Of a stretch of 64,000 nt of DNA, positions 60,536 through 64,000 are shown in pieces (position 1 is the first letter of the stretch; each line of letters opens with the position of its first letter). Both the position numbers and the translations under genes were made by a program. The stretch is from the NCBI GenBank assembly GCA_965216565.1, contig OZ244170.1, positions 4,832,001-4,896,000 of the forward strand. The letters are read 5' to 3'. A model generated the notes under the pieces. It was not told the DNA's origin. It saw nothing but the letters and a program-made list of their open reading frames with translations, and searched no databases. Source of the stretch: Bythopirellula sp. (GTDB taxonomy: Bacteria; Planctomycetota; Planctomycetia; Pirellulales; Lacipirellulaceae).

Positions 60536-60584
60536 AATTAGATTCCGATAGCAAGTATTTCTAGTAGTTAAGGAAGGGGTAGAG

Positions 60585-61475
60585 TTACATCAGCTCGTCG
60601 ACGAGTTTCAGCACAGGTTTAATCCGCTGCACGAGCGCGACGATTTCTTCGATGTTGTCGATCACACCGTCCAGAGAATCGCCAAAATCGAGACCTAGTT
60701 TTTCGGTGGTGTCGGTGAGGATATCGAGGGCTTTTGCAAAGTCGTCAAAGTCAGAGAGCACGGACTGCAATCCATCGTCGGCCACTTTGCTACGTGCCTT
60801 TTGGCTGGAGCTTTCCGCAACCTGCTTGGCTGTAGCGAGCGTCGAATCGGCCCGTTGCTGGGTTTCGTCCACGCCTTTCTCCATGGCTTGTATTAGCGTT
60901 TGGAGATTCTGGTCAGCATTGGCCCGCAGGGTGTCGTACTCGCTGTTGATCGATTCCTTTTTTGCCTCAAGCTCGGACAAAGAAGACGTCAGCTTGGCGA
61001 CAAAATCTTCAGCCGTATGCTGAGTCTGTTGACCGCTCGATTCGACTAGCTCGCTGTAAGCGGTGGAAGCGTCGTACAGCTCTTGAAGTTGGCTCTCGGT
61101 TGACCTAAGGCGAGATTCAAGATCTGAATCTGCGGCGGTCACCCGGCTCCTGGCAGTGGCCAAGTGCTGACTGATCTCGTCAGCCACTGTGGCGGACCGT
61201 TGTTCGGTTTCTGCTGCTTGCTGAAGTGTGATGTCGAATTTAGCGATTGCCTCTTGTTCGGCTTGATCGAATGTAGTTTGCAGGGAAGTGATCTTGTCTT
61301 GCAGGTTCCGCATACTCTGCTCTGCCGCTGCGCTACTGGTCTCGAACTGCTCTTCAATATGGTCGCCGAGTTCGGTAAGGGCCTGCATATCGCGGTGGGC
61401 TGACTCGCTGGCTTCAAGTAATTCTTGTGCCTTGCCCAGGTTCTCTTCTAGAAGGGCTTCAATGGTAACTGCCAT
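60585..61475 (-). CDS. Acidic all-helical protein A1 (296 aa)
   Basis: MAVTIEALLEENLG N-terminus; GGAG RBS. Confidence 0.85.
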   Translation of the reverse strand: MAVTIEALLEENLGKAQELLEASESAHRDMQALTELGDHIEEQFETSSAAAEQSMRNLQDKITSLQTTFDQAEQEAIAKFDITLQQAAETEQRSATVADEISQHLATARSRVTAADSDLESRLRSTESQLQELYDASTAYSELVESSGQQTQHTAEDFVAKLTSSLSELEAKKESINSEYDTLRANADQNLQTLIQAMEKGVDETQQRADSTLATAKQVAESSSQKARSKVADDGLQSVLSDFDDFAKALDILTDTTEKLGLDFGDSLDGVIDNIEEIVALVQRIKPVLKLVDELM

Positions 61476-61553
61476 GAGTTACTCCATCTTGCTTTGTGGG
61501 TTAACGGGGACTGCCAGAACGTGAAGCACAGCTCCAATCGCTGGCGGTATTTG

Positions 61554-61583
61554 GGAATTGCCAATCTGCGAGCGAACCGGACA
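61554..61583 (-). promoter_or_regulatory. Putative ECF-sigma promoter for cassette 1
   Basis: Minus strand TGTCCGG-N13-TGGCAATTCC. Confidence 0.7.
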
Positions 61584-61615
61584 TGAATGGCAAAATTTTA
61601 TTTTTTGACGTCCGC

Positions 61616-61643
61616 TGTCCGCTTTTTCCGCTAGCTGGCAACT
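61616..61643 (+). promoter_or_regulatory. Putative ECF-sigma promoter for the divergent kinase
   Basis: Plus strand TGTCCGC-N13-TGGCAACT. Confidence 0.62.
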
Positions 61644-61726
61644 AACCCTAAGAGCCCGGCACGCGAATGCAGCCGAGAGCCCCCATCCCCCCTCCTAATG
61701 TCACAAGTTTTGAAACAGGTGTAAAA

Positions 61727-64000
61727 ATGGCTTCCATCGAATGCGAATGCGGCGAACGAATTGAACTCAATCACGATGCCGGCGAAATTAACTGCCCCAG
61801 CTGCGGCAAGCGTTACACCATGAGTGTTAGTGCGGCAGAAGGTTCCGACACTGCGAAGGGCAATTCGTCCAAACCAGAAATTCGGAATACGCCACTCAGC
61901 GCAACCATGATGCAGGATTTACCTGCAGTCACGCAATTTGAGCGTCCGCATGGAGAATCAATCGTAGAGATGGCGTCCCGGCTCGCTCCGGCGGTTGCTG
62001 CCGCTGGTGCTATGGGGGTTGCTGATCCTAGCCAAGACATGCCAGCGCAGGGCGAGCAGCCACGGCGGAACTTTTTTTCCTCGCAGCCCTATCACCTGAC
62101 ACCCGGCCAGCGGAATGACGACGACACAGTCCCCAATGCAAGTGCCCAGACTGAGTTAAATACTGGATTGCGTCTGTTGGACCGCTACGAAGTACAACGA
62201 AAAATCGGCCAAGGTGGCATGAGTACCGTGTACGAAGCTTACGATGAAGTGCGCGGCGAGAATGTTGCGTTAAAGGTATTGCTGCCTACTCTCGCGGCCA
62301 ATCCTGTTTTGCAGGAGCGTTTCTTGCAAGAAGGTCGGCTGTCGAGCAATTTTTCTCATCCCAACATCGCCCGTGTCTATGATCTGCACCAAACTCCCAA
62401 TGGTGTTTTCCTGAGCATGGAGTTGCTACAAGGCTCTACGCTCCGGCACGATATGAACCGCCGGCACGATCAACGCCAATCCTTCAAGCCAACGGAAGTG
62501 TTGCAATTGATGGAGAAGATCTGCGCCGCGTTGGAAGTTGTTCATGCCGAGGAAGTCATCCACCGCGACTTGAAACCGGAGAACCTCTGGCTGGGTATCG
62601 ATGGTTCCTTGAAGGTGATGGACTTTGGTATCGCTCGCGAAGCAGCCCGCACCGCCTACACGTCCGGCGGACGAGGATCAGGGACACCGTATTACATCGC
62701 TCCCGAGCAACTTGCAGCCAGTCCAACGATCGATGGTCGAGCTGACCAGTATTCTGTCGCCATCATGATGTACGAGCTTCTTACCGGAGAATTACCTCAA
62801 GGTGCTTTCGTCGCTCCCCATGAAAAGAACCCTGAGATTCCCAAGAAAATGTCTCAGGCCATTTTCCGTGCTTTGGATGCCGATCCAGCTAACAGGTTCG
62901 ACAACATGCAGGAGTTTTACGAAGCTGCCCAATTCGATGCGCCTAAGCCCCTTAAGTTCAAAGTGTTAAATATGCTTGCCCAACTGAGTCTGATTGCTTT
63001 AGGAGCATTTGTGTTCTTTCGCTGGGGCATTCCTTTACTGGAATCTAAGGACATTCCTGTCTGGGCAACGGTGGGACCAAAGACCGTGGTAGAAAAAAAC
63101 GAATTGAAATTCAATCTACGGAATCCGCAGACTTCGGAACTCGAAGGAAAGCTAACTTACCGACTACTTTCCGACGCACCGATAGGTGCCGTTATTGATG
63201 CGAGCTCGGGTGAGTTTTCCTGGACGCCCACCGAAGCGCAAGGTCCCGGAGAGTATTCCTTTACAGTCATGGCAGTCACCGAGGAAGACGGAGATTCCCC
63301 AATGATTGAAGAACGAGAACTTCAGATCTCGGTCACCGAGAACATTGATCTCCCCGTCATTTCGAAGCCCAAAACCATCGATGCGAAAGAGCATGAGCCG
63401 CTGGTCGTCTCAATAGAGGCTACGGACGAAAACGTTCCGCAAATCGGACTCCGATATGAATTGCAGAGCCCACCGAGTGGGATGAGCATCGATAGCCGCA
63501 CAGGCGAGCTAACCTGGACTCCCAGTGAAAAACTTGGTGGCAATACGGTCCAGGTTCCCTTGCGTGTTTATCTCGAAGGCGACGACAACGATTCAAAATA
63601 CTCAGAGAGTATGGTTCGTTTTCGCGTCGATGAGACCATTGATGCCCCGGTAGTCACTTCGCCTGATCGCATCCATGGAGTCGTCGATCAGCCCTCCAAC
63701 TTCCGCGTGACAGTGTTGGACTCGAATGTTCCAGAGATAGACGACTATTTCCGTCTAAAAGGCGGCGATAAGATCGGCATGAGCGTGGACCCCAGAACAG
63801 GCGAGATCTTTTGGACACCTACCGCCCAACAAATGGAAGAAGACCTTGAGGTCATTCTGCAGGTTGTGTTGGACCAGGGGCAAAAGTCTGAGGTACTCTC
63901 AGAGCAATTGATCACCGTCTCCGCAAGTGGATCTATTGATGAAGATCAGCTCGGTTCCACGGAAGACACACCTCCATTGATTTCCGATACCATTGGGGGT
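61727..64000 (+). CDS. Receptor-like Ser/Thr kinase: N-terminal Zn ribbon, kinase, TM, putative Ig/cadherin-like repeats; 3' truncated and absent from the ORF track
   Basis: Manual translation: MASIECECG...CPSCG, IGQGGMSTVY, VALK, HRDLKPEN, DFG, GTPYYIAPE, TM LSLIALGAFVFF, then three [IV]DxxxGExxWTP repeats. Confidence 0.9.
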   Translation, partial: MASIECECGERIELNHDAGEINCPSCGKRYTMSVSAAEGSDTAKGNSSKPEIRNTPLSATMMQDLPAVTQFERPHGESIVEMASRLAPAVAAAGAMGVADPSQDMPAQGEQPRRNFFSSQPYHLTPGQRNDDDTVPNASAQTELNTGLRLLDRYEVQRKIGQGGMSTVYEAYDEVRGENVALKVLLPTLAANPVLQERFLQEGRLSSNFSHPNIARVYDLHQTPNGVFLSMELLQGSTLRHDMNRRHDQRQSFKPTEVLQLMEKICAALEVVHAEEVIHRDLKPENLWLGIDGSLKVMDFGIAREAARTAYTSGGRGSGTPYYIAPEQLAASPTIDGRADQYSVAIMMYELLTGELPQGAFVAPHEKNPEIPKKMSQAIFRALDADPANRFDNMQEFYEAAQFDAPKPLKFKVLNMLAQLSLIALGAFVFFRWGIPLLESKDIPVWATVGPKTVVEKNELKFNLRNPQTSELEGKLTYRLLSDAPIGAVIDASSGEFSWTPTEAQGPGEYSFTVMAVTEEDGDSPMIEERELQISVTENIDLPVISKPKTIDAKEHEPLVVSIEATDENVPQIGLRYELQSPPSGMSIDSRTGELTWTPSEKLGGNTVQVPLRVYLEGDDNDSKYSESMVRFRVDETIDAPVVTSPDRIHGVVDQPSNFRVTVLDSNVPEIDDYFRLKGGDKIGMSVDPRTGEIFWTPTAQQMEEDLEVILQVVLDQGQKSEVLSEQLITVSASGSIDEDQLGSTEDTPPLISDTIGG

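Noticed and set aside
53659..61475. Calling the eight helical proteins chemoreceptors, SMC, tape-measure or WXG100 proteins
   Set aside because: No MCP hairpin signature, Walker motifs, phage genes or central WxG; about three times WXG100 length. The resemblance is only compositional.
46855..64000. Horizontally acquired island
   Set aside because: No integrase, tRNA or flanking direct repeats seen, and I cannot measure a compositional shift reliably by eye.

Overview
Gene-dense bacterial chromosome segment. The content (DUF1559, DUF1501, DUF1549/1553, dockerin-like PEP-CTERM proteins, ECF sigma factors next to Ser/Thr kinases) points to a planctomycete, probably Pirellulales (inference). 1-5 kb: FHA / kinase / ECF sigma / small Zn-binding protein signalling module. 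5-30.7 kb: mostly ordinary metabolic genes (GNAT, GT2, Nif3, penicillin acylase, sugar ABC parts, PhoX, flavin reductases, sialate esterase, DUF1549/1553-DUF1501, sulfatase), plus REP-like palindromes and one candidate structured RNA. 30.7-46.6 kb: LacI-controlled, probably beta-1,2-glucan utilisation locus with visible TGAAAGCGCTTKCA-type operators. 46.8-64 kb is the most unusual part. It holds eight ~300-aa acidic all-helical proteins arranged as a duplicated four-gene cassette (ABCD-ABCD), a lid-less Hsp70, a two-TM helical protein, an ECF sigma factor and two membrane Ser/Thr kinases. Four of its transcription units share the motif TGTCCGS-N13-TGRCAA. All calls come from reading motifs by eye; no database searches were run.
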